A DNA stretch of 64,000 nucleotides from an uncultured Pseudomonadota bacterium. GTDB lineage: Bacteria > Desulfobacterota > Syntrophorhabdia > Syntrophorhabdales > CAYQXL01. The position numbers and the translations under genes were made by a program. Below, piece after piece: positions 22,792-33,684 of the stretch. The stretch lies in contig CAZYVU010000004.1 of assembly GCA_964651435.1 (NCBI GenBank), positions 49,660-113,659 on the forward strand, read 5' to 3'. Below the pieces are notes generated by a model. It made no database searches and had not been told where the DNA came from. It was given only the letters and a program-made list of their open reading frames with translations. The stretch's first letter is position 1; every line of letters starts with the position of its first letter.

Positions 22792-25352
22792 TGGAATCCG
22801 ACCCGTCAACCATCGATCCAGCCGCCGTCGGCCGCCTCTTCCTCGTTGACGGAAACGGCTTCGCTTACAGGGCCTTTCATGCCACGCCCTACCTTTCCAA
22901 CTCCAAAGGCCTTCCGACTAACGCCATCTTTGCCTTCCTCAACATGATCAGGAAGCTCGTCAACACCGAACATACCGAACGCCTCGCCGTTATCTTCGAT
23001 TCGCCGGTTCCCTCTTTTCGCGCCCAGATCTCCGAGGATTACAAGGCGCAGCGGCCGCCCATGCCCGACAACCTGGCTGCCCAGATTCCCTACATCAAGC
23101 GGCTTATGAGCCTCATGGGCATACCGACCTTGGAGATGGAGGGGTTCGAGGCCGATGACATCATTGCTACCATTGTCACCACGCTGAAGGACAACCCCGC
23201 GGAGATCTGTATCGTCACAAGCGACAAGGACTTGGCCCAACTGGTCTCCGGCAAAGTCTTTCTCTTCGACACGCAGAAAAACGTCAAGTCGGGTCCAAAG
23301 GAGGTAACTGACAGGTTCGGCGTGGCCCCGGAGCGGATGGGGGACTTCCTGGCCCTTGCCGGTGACGCGTCCGACAATATACCGGGCGTACCGGGCATAG
23401 GAGACAAGACGGCACGGCAGTTGATTCAGGAGTGGGGCACCCTTGAGCAGATCTATGAAAACCTCGACGGAATCGGAAAGCCCTCTGTTCGAGAGCGGTT
23501 GAAAACGGGCCGGGACCTCGCCTTCATGAGCCGCCGACTATCCGCCCTGCGCCATGACGTACCCCTATCCGGCGTCGAGGACCTTCTGCAGCCCGTCGCC
23601 CAGGACCGCCAGGGCTTGCGTGCGCTCCTAAGGGAGCTGGAATTCCTCTCGTTGTACCGGGAAATCGCGCCGGATGAAGAGGAGACAGAGACGTTCGAGG
23701 AAGCTGCGGCCTCTGCCCTTGCAGGGGGACCCATTGCCATATGCGCCGACTTTCAGGGAAAAAACCTTGGCGACAAGGTGCTCAGCGGTTTTTCGGCCTT
23801 TGACGGCCGCCGGGTGGCCTTCGACGAGAGCCCCGAAACGCTCTCCGCTCTCCTCAAACGCGCCGCCCCCCTTGTCGTCCACAACCTGAAGCCGCTTTTT
23901 CTCTGCATCCCCCATACCCATGACGACGGCTCCGTCAGCGCCTTCGATACGATGCTGGCGGCATACCTCGTCAACCCGCTCCGCAAGGAGTACGGGCTGG
24001 AGACGCTGGCCGAGGAGCACCTCGGCGCCTCCATTCCGGCAGGGAACGACCAAGGGTCGTCCAAGCAGAAGGTAGCTTACCTGCTTCGGCTTTGGGGGGT
24101 GCTCCGGGAGAAGATGGAGGAGCTGGGCCTCAGCAAGCTTTTTACCTCCATCGAAATGCCCCTTGTCGAGGTGTTGGCGGCCATGGAAATGACGGGCGTC
24201 CGGGTTGACAGAAAGGCGCTTGCCAACCTGTCCCGGGATTTCGACCAGAGGCTTACAACGATTACCAAGGAGGTTTATGCCCTCTGCGACAGGCCTTTCA
24301 ACATAAACTCGCCCCAGCAGTTGGCCCGGGTCCTTTTCGATGAGCTCAAGCTACCGCCCTCAAAAAAGACCAAGACGGGCTACTCAACGGACACAGAGGT
24401 GCTTCAGGCGCTCTCATCCGTTCACGCCTTGCCGGGCAAAATTCTCGAATACCGCAGCCTGGCAAAGCTCAAAAATACCTATATAGACACCCTCCCCCTG
24501 CTCATCAACCCTAACACGGGGCGCATACACACAACCTACAACCAGATGATCGTTGCCACTGGCCGGCTCAGCAGCTCTGACCCCAACCTCCAAAATATAC
24601 CCATCCGGGGTGAGGAGGGAAAGAAGATCCGGGAAGCCTTTATTCCTGCAGAGGGGTTTCTGATCATGTCATCCGATTACTCCCAGATCGAGCTTAGGGT
24701 CCTCGCGCACCTTTCGCGGGACCCGGTGCTGTCGGACGCCTTTCTGAGGGACGAAGACATCCATAGCCGCGTCGCCCGGGAGGTCTTCGGCGTGGGGCCC
24801 GAGGCCGTGACCCATGACATGCGCCGGGCGGCCAAGGTGATCAACTTCGGCATCATTTACGGTATGAGCAGCTTTGGGCTTGCCAAAGAGCTCGGCATCA
24901 GCCAGCGGGAGGCTCAACAGTACATCGACGACTACTTCGCCAGACACGAGGGGGTGCAGGCCTTTATGGCCGGTATCCTCGAGGCCGCACGCGCCAAAGG
25001 CTTCGTGAGCACCCTCTACGGGAGAATCCGCTCCGTGCCGGAGCTCCGGAACCGCGATGCGGCCGTTCGGCAGTTCGGGGAACGCATCGCCATGAATATG
25101 CCCATTCAGGGAACGGCGGCGGACATCATCAAGGTGGCCATGGTGAACATATACAGGCGGATCCGCCGCGAAGGGCTCGCCTCCAGGCTCATCATGCAGA
25201 TCCACGACGAGCTCGTCTTCGAGGTCCTTGAGGCCGAACAGGGCCCCATGGCCCGTCTTGTCCGGGAAGAGATGGAGGGGGTCGCTTCCCTCTCCGTGCC
25301 CCTCAAGGTGTCCCTCGGCGTTGGCCCGAACTGGGCCCTCGCCCACGACTGA
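22788..25352 (+). CDS. polA: DNA polymerase I
   Basis: 5' nuclease domain (LFLVDGNGFAYRAFHA), polymerase motif A (DYSQIELRVLAH), motif B (RRAAKVINFGIIYG) and motif C (QIHDELV). 854 aa. Confidence 0.95.
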   Translation: MMESDPSTIDPAAVGRLFLVDGNGFAYRAFHATPYLSNSKGLPTNAIFAFLNMIRKLVNTEHTERLAVIFDSPVPSFRAQISEDYKAQRPPMPDNLAAQIPYIKRLMSLMGIPTLEMEGFEADDIIATIVTTLKDNPAEICIVTSDKDLAQLVSGKVFLFDTQKNVKSGPKEVTDRFGVAPERMGDFLALAGDASDNIPGVPGIGDKTARQLIQEWGTLEQIYENLDGIGKPSVRERLKTGRDLAFMSRRLSALRHDVPLSGVEDLLQPVAQDRQGLRALLRELEFLSLYREIAPDEEETETFEEAAASALAGGPIAICADFQGKNLGDKVLSGFSAFDGRRVAFDESPETLSALLKRAAPLVVHNLKPLFLCIPHTHDDGSVSAFDTMLAAYLVNPLRKEYGLETLAEEHLGASIPAGNDQGSSKQKVAYLLRLWGVLREKMEELGLSKLFTSIEMPLVEVLAAMEMTGVRVDRKALANLSRDFDQRLTTITKEVYALCDRPFNINSPQQLARVLFDELKLPPSKKTKTGYSTDTEVLQALSSVHALPGKILEYRSLAKLKNTYIDTLPLLINPNTGRIHTTYNQMIVATGRLSSSDPNLQNIPIRGEEGKKIREAFIPAEGFLIMSSDYSQIELRVLAHLSRDPVLSDAFLRDEDIHSRVAREVFGVGPEAVTHDMRRAAKVINFGIIYGMSSFGLAKELGISQREAQQYIDDYFARHEGVQAFMAGILEAARAKGFVSTLYGRIRSVPELRNRDAAVRQFGERIAMNMPIQGTAADIIKVAMVNIYRRIRREGLASRLIMQIHDELVFEVLEAEQGPMARLVREEMEGVASLSVPLKVSLGVGPNWALAHD

Positions 25353-26208
25353 GGCCTTTCAGCAGGATCGACTGCAGCTCGGCGCAGTTGATAAAGATAA
25401 AGACCGAAAAATAGATCCAGAAGAGGAAGGCGATGAAGACGCCGTAGGTGCCGAAAAATGCCGTTACCTTGGCAAGATACATGACGTAGTGCTTGAAAAG
25501 GGTTCGGCCCAGGTGCCAGAGCAGCGTCGCACCGGCCGTCGTCCAAAAAAGGATCGCTTTTCTCCTTCGGACAGGGGTGAGTGCATAGTAGATCATGTAG
25601 AACATGGCAAAGGTGAAGAAGATATCGAGAAAGCCGAAGAAAGCGATGGCCGGTGCCTTACCGACAAAGGCAGGGAGCGCCCTTACCGCCTTGGTCTGGA
25701 TGACGACGGTAAAAATGAAGCTGAAGAAGAGAATGGCCTGAAGGACGGTAAAGGCGAGGGTTACGACCAGCTCTTTACCCGTACCCTTCAAAAAGCCCTC
25801 GGGGGTTCGTCCGAAGATAATGCGAAAACCGGACCGCATGGAGGCAAAAAGCCTCATGGAGAAAAAAAGCAGCGTTGCCAGACCAAGGGGGCCCGAGAGC
25901 TTTTTTGACGCCGAGATAAAGTTCATCTCCTTCATGAGCCTCTTGATGACGATGGCGTTGTACGGCTCCGGGATGATGGCCTTCAGCAGTTTGCTGACGT
26001 GGAGGCCGGCCTGGCTGACATCGATGACAAACCCGAGCATGAAAAGCGACAAAAGGGTAAAGGGAATGAAGGTGAGCAGCACGTTGAACGAGATCGAGGA
26101 CACGATAAGGCGGCCGTTGTCCCGCTGATACTTCCTGTACAGCTCTTTGACCGCGCCGAGGGCCAGGGAAGCGAAGCCGGCGATCCTGCTCTTTGCGACC
26201 GGTGTCAC
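25303..26208 (-). CDS. YihY/BrkB family membrane protein
   Basis: ..DNGRLIVSSISFNVLLTFIPFTLL.. and six predicted hydrophobic spans. The 3' end overlaps polA by 50 nt, convergently. Confidence 0.7.
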   Translation of the reverse strand: MTPVAKSRIAGFASLALGAVKELYRKYQRDNGRLIVSSISFNVLLTFIPFTLLSLFMLGFVIDVSQAGLHVSKLLKAIIPEPYNAIVIKRLMKEMNFISASKKLSGPLGLATLLFFSMRLFASMRSGFRIIFGRTPEGFLKGTGKELVVTLAFTVLQAILFFSFIFTVVIQTKAVRALPAFVGKAPAIAFFGFLDIFFTFAMFYMIYYALTPVRRRKAILFWTTAGATLLWHLGRTLFKHYVMYLAKVTAFFGTYGVFIAFLFWIYFSVFIFINCAELQSILLKGLSRGRGPSSGQRRGTP

Positions 26209-26217
26209 GGCAGCCGG

Positions 26218-27192
26218 TCAGCCGATCCGGATTCTCGGATCGGCAATGGCATAGGCAAGATCGGCAACGAGGTTCCCCACCAGCGTCAGGAAGGCACCGA
26301 TGACGAGAATCCCCATGATTGTCGGATAGTCCCTCGCCATGACGCTCATATAGAAGAGCTGTCCCATGCCGGGGATGGAAAAGATACTTTCGAATATGAC
26401 GCTGCCGCCAATGAGCCCCGGAACGGAGAGACCCAGTATGGTAATGACGGGCAGGAGTGCGTTTCTCAGGGCGTGCTTTCTCAGCACCAGGCCCTCGGGC
26501 AACCCCTTGGCATAGGCCGTCGTTATGTATTCCTGCCGCAGGACCTCGAGCAGGCTGTTCTTCATGTACCGCGAGATCCCTGCAAGACCGCCGAAGGCGG
26601 AGATACACACGGGAAGAATCAGGTGCTTCACCACGTCCCACGCCTTCTCAAGAAAGGACAGCTCCTCAAAATTAAAGGACTTGAGGCCGGAAATGGGGAG
26701 CAGCTCAAGGTAGACGCCGAAAAGCATCATGAGCAACAGCGCCAGCCAAAAGGTCGGCATGGCGTAACCGGCAAAGACAAAGGCCGTCAGGGCCTTGTCG
26801 CCGAGGCTGTCCTTGTAGCGGGCGCAGTAGACGCCTATGGGTATACCTATGAGAAAAATGAGCATCATGGATATGAGGTTAAGTGTCACGGTAACGGGCA
26901 GCCTCTCGGCAATCTTTGCGATAACCGGCCTTCTATCGGGCATAAACGAGAGACCAAAATCAAGTTTCACGACCCTCTTGAGCCATAGAAAGTACTGCAC
27001 ATGAACGGGCTTGTCCAGGCCGTAGAGGCTGCGTATCCGCTCGCGGACCTGTTTCGTCACCTTGGGGTTCATCTCAGCGCCTATGATTTCCGGCTCCCCC
27101 GGCGTGAGGTGAATGACGACGAAGGATATGATGGTGATACCGAGGAGCATGGGCACCATCAGAAGCAGGCGCTTAAGGAGATAGTGCAGCAT
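26218..27192 (-). CDS. ABC transporter permease (DppB/OppB-type)
   Basis: [35 protein letters not shown]-terminus and an EAA-like loop (..[24 protein letters not shown]..). Confidence 0.85.
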   Translation of the reverse strand: MLHYLLKRLLLMVPMLLGITIISFVVIHLTPGEPEIIGAEMNPKVTKQVRERIRSLYGLDKPVHVQYFLWLKRVVKLDFGLSFMPDRRPVIAKIAERLPVTVTLNLISMMLIFLIGIPIGVYCARYKDSLGDKALTAFVFAGYAMPTFWLALLLMMLFGVYLELLPISGLKSFNFEELSFLEKAWDVVKHLILPVCISAFGGLAGISRYMKNSLLEVLRQEYITTAYAKGLPEGLVLRKHALRNALLPVITILGLSVPGLIGGSVIFESIFSIPGMGQLFYMSVMARDYPTIMGILVIGAFLTLVGNLVADLAYAIADPRIRIG

Positions 27193-28807
27193 TCCTCTTA
27201 TACCTCTGTTGTTCGGCCGGCACGTACCACTTCACCGTGTTCCACATGAGGCCCGCCGGGCCCGGATCGATACCCTTGATCCGCTTGTGAACGGCCAGGT
27301 TGGTGTAGGGAACGAAAAGCCAGGTGTAGGGCTGTTCTTCGGCAAGGATTTCCTGGATGCGGAAATAATAGCGCCTTCTTTCCTCCCTGTCCATGGTATG
27401 CCTTGCCCTGACGAGAAGCTCGTCGACCTCGCTGTTTTCGAAAGAAATAAAATTGAGCTCCTTGGGGCCCTGCTTGGAGGAGTGCCACACATCATAGATG
27501 TCCGGATCGTTGGAGATCGTCCATCCCAGCATGACCGCCTCGAAGTTCCTCTTGTCGATGAATTCGTTGATAAAGCTTGCCCACTCAATTACGCGAACCT
27601 TCATGGTAATGCCTATCTGGGCAAGGCGCCTCTGGATCAGCTCGGCGCAGCGTATGCGGACCTCATTCCCCTGGTTCACGAGGACGGTAAACTCAAAGGG
27701 CTTGCCGTCCTTTCGCAGCATGCCGTCCCCGTCTCTTACAAAACCTGCCTCCTTCAGAAGGACCAACGCCTTGTCCACGTCATACCCGTACCTTTTTACA
27801 TCAGCGTTGTACGCCCACATGTCGGGCTTGTAGGGGCCCGTTGCCTCCACGCCCTGACCCATGAGAATCCCGTCGATGATCTCCTTCTTGTCAATGGCAT
27901 AGCTGATGGCCTGCCGCACCCTCTTGTCACGGAATAGGGGGTGCTTCAAATTGTAGCCCATGTAAACGTAACTGAAGGCAAGGTAGCGGTACCTGCTGAA
28001 CTCCCTTTTGAAGCCGGCATAGTCCGTCTGTTTTATGAACTGCAGGGGCGTAAGGCCCATCATGTCGATGGCGTACTGCTTCAATTCGAGAAACATCGTG
28101 GCGCTGTCGGGGATAATCCGTGTTATGCGTCTCGATATGTAGGGCCGACCCTCGAAATACCTCTCGTTGGCCACAAGGACAACACGGTCCCCGGGAATCC
28201 ACTCCTTGAAGCAATAGGGCCCCGTCCCCAAGGGCCTCCGGATGAGCGGCGAGGTGGTGATGTCCCTGCCCTCCAGCAGGTGTCTGGGGAGTATGGCAGC
28301 CCCCCAGCTTATGAGGGCAGGGGCGAAGGGCTTCCCGTAGGTTACCCGGAACGTGTGGTCGTCGATCACCCGGGCACTCTTAACGAGCTGAAAGTCGCCG
28401 GCATAAGGCGTCGGCGTCTTCGGGTCCACAATGACCTTGTAGGTGTACATGACATCATGGGCCGTAAAGGGGTGGCCGTCCTGCCACAGAACGCCTTTCT
28501 TCAGCCGGAAGGTTATGGACAGGTTGTCTTCCGATATCTCCCACGACTCAGCCAGGTCGCCGACGATGTTCAGGTCGCGGTCGTACTTGACAAGGCCGTT
28601 GTAAACATAGGAGGCCACATCGTGGGAGGCCGAATCGCTGGCCAGAACCGGGATCAGGCTTGACGGCTCCCCGATGGAGGCCGTGATGAGGGTATCTCCC
28701 GCGACAGGCTCTCCTTTGTCCTCATAGGAGGAAACATCGTGCCCCCGGTTGCATCCGAAAAAAAGAAGAAAGATACAAAGAAAGACGGCAATGGCTGGCC
28801 AACGCAT
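27173..28807 (-). CDS. ABC transporter substrate-binding lipoprotein, family 5 (peptide/nickel type)
   Basis: Lipobox LFFGC, then the typical family-5 pattern (..[40 protein letters not shown]..). Confidence 0.85.
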   Translation of the reverse strand: MRWPAIAVFLCIFLLFFGCNRGHDVSSYEDKGEPVAGDTLITASIGEPSSLIPVLASDSASHDVASYVYNGLVKYDRDLNIVGDLAESWEISEDNLSITFRLKKGVLWQDGHPFTAHDVMYTYKVIVDPKTPTPYAGDFQLVKSARVIDDHTFRVTYGKPFAPALISWGAAILPRHLLEGRDITTSPLIRRPLGTGPYCFKEWIPGDRVVLVANERYFEGRPYISRRITRIIPDSATMFLELKQYAIDMMGLTPLQFIKQTDYAGFKREFSRYRYLAFSYVYMGYNLKHPLFRDKRVRQAISYAIDKKEIIDGILMGQGVEATGPYKPDMWAYNADVKRYGYDVDKALVLLKEAGFVRDGDGMLRKDGKPFEFTVLVNQGNEVRIRCAELIQRRLAQIGITMKVRVIEWASFINEFIDKRNFEAVMLGWTISNDPDIYDVWHSSKQGPKELNFISFENSEVDELLVRARHTMDREERRRYYFRIQEILAEEQPYTWLFVPYTNLAVHKRIKGIDPGPAGLMWNTVKWYVPAEQQRYKRNAALSP

Positions 28808-28869
28808 AGAGGTAGCCTATTCTAACAAAGGCATCCTGAAAAAGCAAAGACGCGCCGGTTCTGTCCCGG

Positions 28870-29652
28870 CTATTTGAACTTGTGTGAGTCCCTGTTCTTT
28901 TCGTACAGAAGCTTGAGCCCCCGCAGCGTGAGAAACTCATCGACCTCATCGATGGTTTCCGACTGCTTGAAGATGAGGCCCGACAGGCCCCCGGTCGCAA
29001 TGACGTAGGGATCGGCCCGCACCTCATCCTTCATCTTCTTGACAATACCGTCCACAAGGCTCGCGTAGCCATAAATGATGCCGGCCTGCATGGCGTGAAC
29101 CGTATTCTTGCCCACCAGCGTGCGCGGACGGACAAGCTCTATGCGCGGCAGCTTCGAGGCCTTCTCGAAAAGCGCCTCCAGCGAGATCATCATGCCCGGT
29201 GAGATGGCCCCCCCTGCGTACTCGCCCCTTGCCGTAATGTAGTCGAAGGTTGTGGCCGTACCGAAATCAACAATGATCAGGGACTTCTTGAATTTCTCAT
29301 AGCCGGCCACGGCGTTGACGATCCGGTCGGCCCCCACCTCCTGGGCATTCTCGTAGAGAACGGGCATACCCGTCTTGATGCCAGGCTCCACCACCAGAGG
29401 GATAATGCCGATATATTTCCGGCACACTATCTCGAAGGGGATGAGCAGCGGCGGGACGACGCAGGAAATGATGGTGCTGTCTATTTCGTTGAGGCGAATC
29501 CTTTCGATATAGAGCAGGCTGTTGAGAAGAATCGCGTACTCGTCAACAGTCTTGCCGATGACGGTGCTCAGCCGCCAATGATTGACGAGCGTATCGTCCT
29601 TGTAGACCCCAAAAACAATATTCGTGTTTCCTATGTCGATAACAAGCAGCAT
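28870..29652 (-). CDS. coaX: type III pantothenate kinase
   Basis: MLLVIDIGNTNIVFGVY.. and ..IIVDFGTATTFD... Confidence 0.9.
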   Translation of the reverse strand: MLLVIDIGNTNIVFGVYKDDTLVNHWRLSTVIGKTVDEYAILLNSLLYIERIRLNEIDSTIISCVVPPLLIPFEIVCRKYIGIIPLVVEPGIKTGMPVLYENAQEVGADRIVNAVAGYEKFKKSLIIVDFGTATTFDYITARGEYAGGAISPGMMISLEALFEKASKLPRIELVRPRTLVGKNTVHAMQAGIIYGYASLVDGIVKKMKDEVRADPYVIATGGLSGLIFKQSETIDEVDEFLTLRGLKLLYEKNRDSHKFK

Positions 29653-29654
29653 GG

Positions 29655-30620
29655 CTAAAAGGTCACGTCTCCCGCAATTATTTTCCTCACAACCCCGTCC
29701 GTTCTCAGCAGCATGCCGCCGTCGCGATCAATACCTTCGACGACACCGCTGTACCGCTCTCCCATCTGGACGATCTCCACGTACTTCCCGTTCAGACCGG
29801 CACGCTCCTGCCAAAGCTCCAAGATCCTTCCCTCGCCCTGGCGGACGAAAACCTCATAGTGGGTTTCGAGGTTGGTCAGTAAGATACCACAAACATAGGC
29901 CCTTTCATATGATTTTTTTGTTTCCATGAACAGGGATGTGGCCCTTTGCTTCAGAGCCTCATCCACCTCTGCGGCCTTCATATTGATATTGAGTCCTATT
30001 CCGACAACAACAAACCGCACCAGTTCGGATTCCGTGGACAGCTCCAGGAGGGTGCCGCAAAGCTTCCTGCCGTTCATGAGCACGTCGTTTGGCCACTTGA
30101 GCGTCGGCTTCTCGCCCGTCAACCTTTCGATCGTATCGTAGACGGCCAAAGAGGAGAGAAAGGTAATGGGCGGCACGCGGCTCGGGTGCACCTGGGGTCT
30201 GAGAATGACGGATATATAAAGGTTTTTCCCCGAGGGCGAGAACCATTGCCGGTTCAATCTGCCCTTACCCGACTTCTGCGTCTCTGCAATAACGCACGTT
30301 CCTTCCGGCGCACCGTCGAGGGCAAGCTTGAAGGCCTGGGTGTTTGTCGACTCGACGGCCTCGTTATAGACGATTTCCTTTCCAATGCTCTCTGCAGCGA
30401 GGTGTCTTCTCACCTCCCATGGATAGAGCTTCTCCGGTGCCTTCACAAGCCGGTATCCCTTGCCCTTCACCTTGTCGATCTTGTAGCCCAGCTTCTCCAG
30501 TTGATTGATGTATTTCCAGACGGCCGTTCTGGAGACGGAAAGCCGGGAGGAGATCAGGTCACCCGATACGTACCCCTTCCCCTCTCTGAGAAAGGACAGG
30601 ATTCCACTAAGCCTGTCCAT
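29655..30620 (-). CDS. birA: bifunctional biotin--[acetyl-CoA-carboxylase] ligase / biotin operon repressor
   Basis: From [10 protein letters not shown]: HTH ([24 protein letters not shown]) and the biotin-ligase loop [12 protein letters not shown]. The start choice overlaps the upstream gene by 14 nt. Confidence 0.85.
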   Translation of the reverse strand: MDRLSGILSFLREGKGYVSGDLISSRLSVSRTAVWKYINQLEKLGYKIDKVKGKGYRLVKAPEKLYPWEVRRHLAAESIGKEIVYNEAVESTNTQAFKLALDGAPEGTCVIAETQKSGKGRLNRQWFSPSGKNLYISVILRPQVHPSRVPPITFLSSLAVYDTIERLTGEKPTLKWPNDVLMNGRKLCGTLLELSTESELVRFVVVGIGLNINMKAAEVDEALKQRATSLFMETKKSYERAYVCGILLTNLETHYEVFVRQGEGRILELWQERAGLNGKYVEIVQMGERYSGVVEGIDRDGGMLLRTDGVVRKIIAGDVTF

Positions 30621-32673
30621 TGTCCACCTTGTCGTAGTGCGAGAAGTACATGGTGAAGGATGCCCGTCCCTGGGACAGCGACCGGACGTCGGTGGAGTAA
30701 CCAAACATCTTTGTCAAAGGGGCGTGGGCCTGGATCACCGTCACCTTTTCCCTCGTCGCGAGCTGGGTGATGTGGCATTTCCTCGCGTTCAGATCGCTGA
30801 TGATGTCCCCAAGGAACTCATTGGGCGTCGTTACCATAAGAGACATGATAGGGGACAGCAGGATCGGCTTCGCCGCTGCACAGGCCTTCCGAAAGGCCTC
30901 GTAGGTCGCCATCTTCAGGGTGAGCCTGGCGAAGTCCGGATTGCTGAAAGAAGCATCCCGCACAAGCACCCTCACATCCGTCACGGGGTATCCCTTGACA
31001 ATGCCTACGTTCGACGCCTCCATGACCCCTTCCTCAATGGCCTCCAGGTTCGAGAATGCCATGTGTTCTTCCGAAAGCTGGGATACCGTCACCATCCCTT
31101 CGCCCCTGCCGTTCGGCAGCACGGCGATCGCTATGCTGCCCTTGCAGGGCATGTTGTTGATCTGCTTCTCGAAGGTGTGCTCCACAGAGGCATCGCCCTC
31201 GATGGTCTCCTTGTACACCACCTGGGGTTTTCCGACATGGAGATCGATGCCGTGGTCCTCCCGGATCCGTCGCATGATTACGTCGAGGTGCAGCTCTCCC
31301 ATGCCGGAGACGATGGTCTGATATTCGTTGTCATCGGCCCGGAGAACGAAGGTAGGATCCTCTTCGGCTATTCGCCTCAGAATGACGAGCAGCTTGTCCT
31401 GGTCAACATTCCGCCTGGGCTCGACTGCTATCGAAATAACGGGTTGATAGACTTCGATCGCCTCCAGTATGATGGGTCGCGACTTGGCCATCGTGTGACC
31501 TGTCGAGGTCTCTTTGAGGCCCACCAGGCCCACGATGGCCCCCGTCCTTGCCTCCTCGACCCTCTCCTTGTGGTTTGCATGGATCCGGTAGATCCTCGAA
31601 ATCTTCTCTTTCTTGCCGAGATTTACGTTCAGAATTTCGTCCCCCACTTTGAGGGTGCCCGAATAGATCCTCGCGTAGACCAGCTTCCTGCCTTCGTCGA
31701 GAACCACTTTAAAGGCCAGGGCCGAAAAATCCTCGTCGTCTTTCGCCTCTCTGCATTCCGCTTCCTCCGTCTGTGGATTCCTCCCCTGAACGGGAGGCAC
31801 GTCGAGCGGCGAAGGAAGGTAGCGCACGATCGCGTCGAGAAGGGGTTGGATGCCCTTGTTTCTCAGCGCAGCACCGCACAGCACGGGGACACACTTGAGG
31901 TTCACCGTCCCTTTTCGCACCACGTCGTAAACCACCGATGCATCGATCGCCTCTCCGCCAAGATAGAGTTCCATAAAATGATCGTCAATGAGGGAGAGCT
32001 TCTCGAGGAGTTTTTCCCGGTAATCCCTGGCCTGGTCCTGGTAGTCGGCCGGAATCCCTATCTGCCGGAATGAGGTTCCGAGGCTCTCCTCGTCCCAAAC
32101 GAGGGCATCCATCGTAATCAGATCCACAACGCCATAGAATCCATCCTCTCTTCCCAGGGGGATCTGGAGGGGAATGGGATTTCCCCCGAGCTTGTCGGCC
32201 AACGCATCGACAACGGCGAAAAAATCTGACCCTATGCGGTCAAGCTTGTTCACGAAGGCAATGCGGGGGACTTTATACTTGTCGGCCTGGTGCCACACGG
32301 TCTCGGACTGGGGCTCCACCCCGCCGACGCCGCAAAAAACGGCCACCACGCCGTCAAGGACCCTGAGCGACCGTTCGACCTCTATGGTAAAGTCCACATG
32401 GCCGGGCGTATCGATGATCTGGATGTCGTGGTTCATCCAGTAGCAGGTCGTCACAGCCGAGGTGATGGTGATCCCCCGTTCCTGCTCCTGAGGCAGGTAA
32501 TCCATCACCGCCGTTCCTTCATGCACTTCGCCGATGCGGTGCGTCCTTCCGGTATAGAAAAGGATGCGCTCCGTCACCGTCGTCTTGCCGGCGTCGATGT
32601 GGGCTGCAATACCGATATTGCGTATTTTCTTGAGGCGTAGGGCGTCTTTCTTCACGGCGGTAAAAGTATTCAC
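30607..32673 (-). CDS. elongation factor G paralogue
   Basis: G1 [10 protein letters not shown]3 DTPGH, G4 NKLD. Full five-domain length (688 aa), located away from any str operon context. Confidence 0.9.
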   Translation of the reverse strand: MNTFTAVKKDALRLKKIRNIGIAAHIDAGKTTVTERILFYTGRTHRIGEVHEGTAVMDYLPQEQERGITITSAVTTCYWMNHDIQIIDTPGHVDFTIEVERSLRVLDGVVAVFCGVGGVEPQSETVWHQADKYKVPRIAFVNKLDRIGSDFFAVVDALADKLGGNPIPLQIPLGREDGFYGVVDLITMDALVWDEESLGTSFRQIGIPADYQDQARDYREKLLEKLSLIDDHFMELYLGGEAIDASVVYDVVRKGTVNLKCVPVLCGAALRNKGIQPLLDAIVRYLPSPLDVPPVQGRNPQTEEAECREAKDDEDFSALAFKVVLDEGRKLVYARIYSGTLKVGDEILNVNLGKKEKISRIYRIHANHKERVEEARTGAIVGLVGLKETSTGHTMAKSRPIILEAIEVYQPVISIAVEPRRNVDQDKLLVILRRIAEEDPTFVLRADDNEYQTIVSGMGELHLDVIMRRIREDHGIDLHVGKPQVVYKETIEGDASVEHTFEKQINNMPCKGSIAIAVLPNGRGEGMVTVSQLSEEHMAFSNLEAIEEGVMEASNVGIVKGYPVTDVRVLVRDASFSNPDFARLTLKMATYEAFRKACAAAKPILLSPIMSLMVTTPNEFLGDIISDLNARKCHITQLATREKVTVIQAHAPLTKMFGYSTDVRSLSQGRASFTMYFSHYDKVDNGQA

Positions 32674-32832
32674 CTATTGGCGCCGAAAAGTCAACACGTA
32701 AGCCATGTTACAGCGGAAGAAAAAGCCATCCTGACAGGCCCATGCACTATGCTGTGCCTCGACAGTCACAATGATGATCATGGGGTACGGTAACCGATGA
32801 AAACCACCTATGCGATGGGCGGGGTCCGGACC

Positions 32833-33606
32833 TCAGAACCTGAGCACAATCCCCTGCTTCAGCGGCCGGACGCGCGGCATCGTAAGAGAGCGCGTTTCTT
32901 TAATGATTTCATCGAGATAAATCGGTTTCATGTGGGTCAAATAGAAGGTCTTGTCTTTGAGGCCGTATCGTTCGATCTGCTCCAGGAGCATGGAGAGGGT
33001 CATGTGGCCGGAAATCCGGGCGAACTTCTCCAGCCTGCTCGGAAAAGACACGTCGGCAATAATGGCTTCGATTCCCGGCTCCTCGCTCGCTCTCTCCCAG
33101 AACCGTTCCGTAGGGCCCGTGTCGGCCGTATACATGAATCCGCGAGAACCTTCCTTGACGACAAAACCGACGGTGAGAACGGTGTGGTTTACCAGAATGG
33201 GCGTTACCGCGAGGCTGTCCAATGCCTCGGTGCGTTCCGCATGCAGGGGCCGGAGCCGAAGGACCGCCTGCGACTCAGAGGGGATAACGGTAAAATCAGG
33301 CCAGATACGGTCGTTAAAGAGGTGCTGTGTGATGAGGTCCAGTATTCCCCACTCACTAACGAGCTCGATGGTGTAGCGGCCGAGCATCATCAACTCATCA
33401 ACAAGGGCGAAGAGGCCCTTGACGTGGTCGATGTGTGTGTGGCTGACGATTACGTGAGTAATCTTCTTAATCTCTTCGTCGGCCAGCACATCGGTGACGG
33501 CGCCGGCGTCGAGAAGGATGGCATCATTGATGAGGAAGGCCGTCGTGCGATAGCGGCCCACGGCGTTTCCGTAGCACCCCAAGACCCGGACGTCCATGCA
33601 AACCAT
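32833..33606 (-). CDS. MBL-fold protein, class II 3',5'-cyclic-nucleotide phosphodiesterase-like
   Basis: SHTHIDHVKG matches the class II PDE HxHLDH signature region. 257 aa. An alternative start is MDVRVLG at 33597. Confidence 0.6.
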   Translation of the reverse strand: MVCMDVRVLGCYGNAVGRYRTTAFLINDAILLDAGAVTDVLADEEIKKITHVIVSHTHIDHVKGLFALVDELMMLGRYTIELVSEWGILDLITQHLFNDRIWPDFTVIPSESQAVLRLRPLHAERTEALDSLAVTPILVNHTVLTVGFVVKEGSRGFMYTADTGPTERFWERASEEPGIEAIIADVSFPSRLEKFARISGHMTLSMLLEQIERYGLKDKTFYLTHMKPIYLDEIIKETRSLTMPRVRPLKQGIVLRF

Positions 33607-33648
33607 TGTAGTGAACAGTCTCTCGCCCTGTCAAGCCCTTTCGGTCAC

Positions 33649-33677
33649 TTGCAATAGAACGCGATTTCGTTAATAAT
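33649..33677 (+). promoter_or_regulatory. sigma-70-type promoter; downstream NusG-paralogue gene apparently leaderless
   Basis: TTGCAA-N17-AATAAT, then acagccc and ATG 33685. Confidence 0.5.
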
Positions 33678-33684
33678 ACAGCCC

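Noticed and set aside
25303-25352. A 50-bp convergent overlap of the polA and yihY 3' ends as a possible antisense regulatory feature.
   Set aside because: No hairpin or conserved element is visible in the overlap. The YihY tail is low-complexity (..GRGPSSGQRRGTP), so the overlap probably reflects a late stop codon in GC-rich DNA.
30505-32073. A 522-aa plus-strand ORF antisense to the EF-G gene. Similar long antisense ORFs occur at 13341-14735, 14713-15885, 25999-26988, 35430-36203, 46283-47272 and 51318-52661.
   Set aside because: In each case the opposite strand encodes an unmistakable conserved protein (EF-G, GlcF/GlcD-like, permease, ABC ATPase, GT4). The antisense products are compositionally biased and motif-free.
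32650-32700. A TTGACT-N17-GAATAC promoter-like sequence overlapping the annotated EF-G start. It would imply a shorter EF-G starting at GTG 32655 ([16 protein letters not shown]).
   Set aside because: The -10 candidate is weak and lies inside the longest ORF. Without TSS data I cannot choose between the starts, so I kept the longest ORF.
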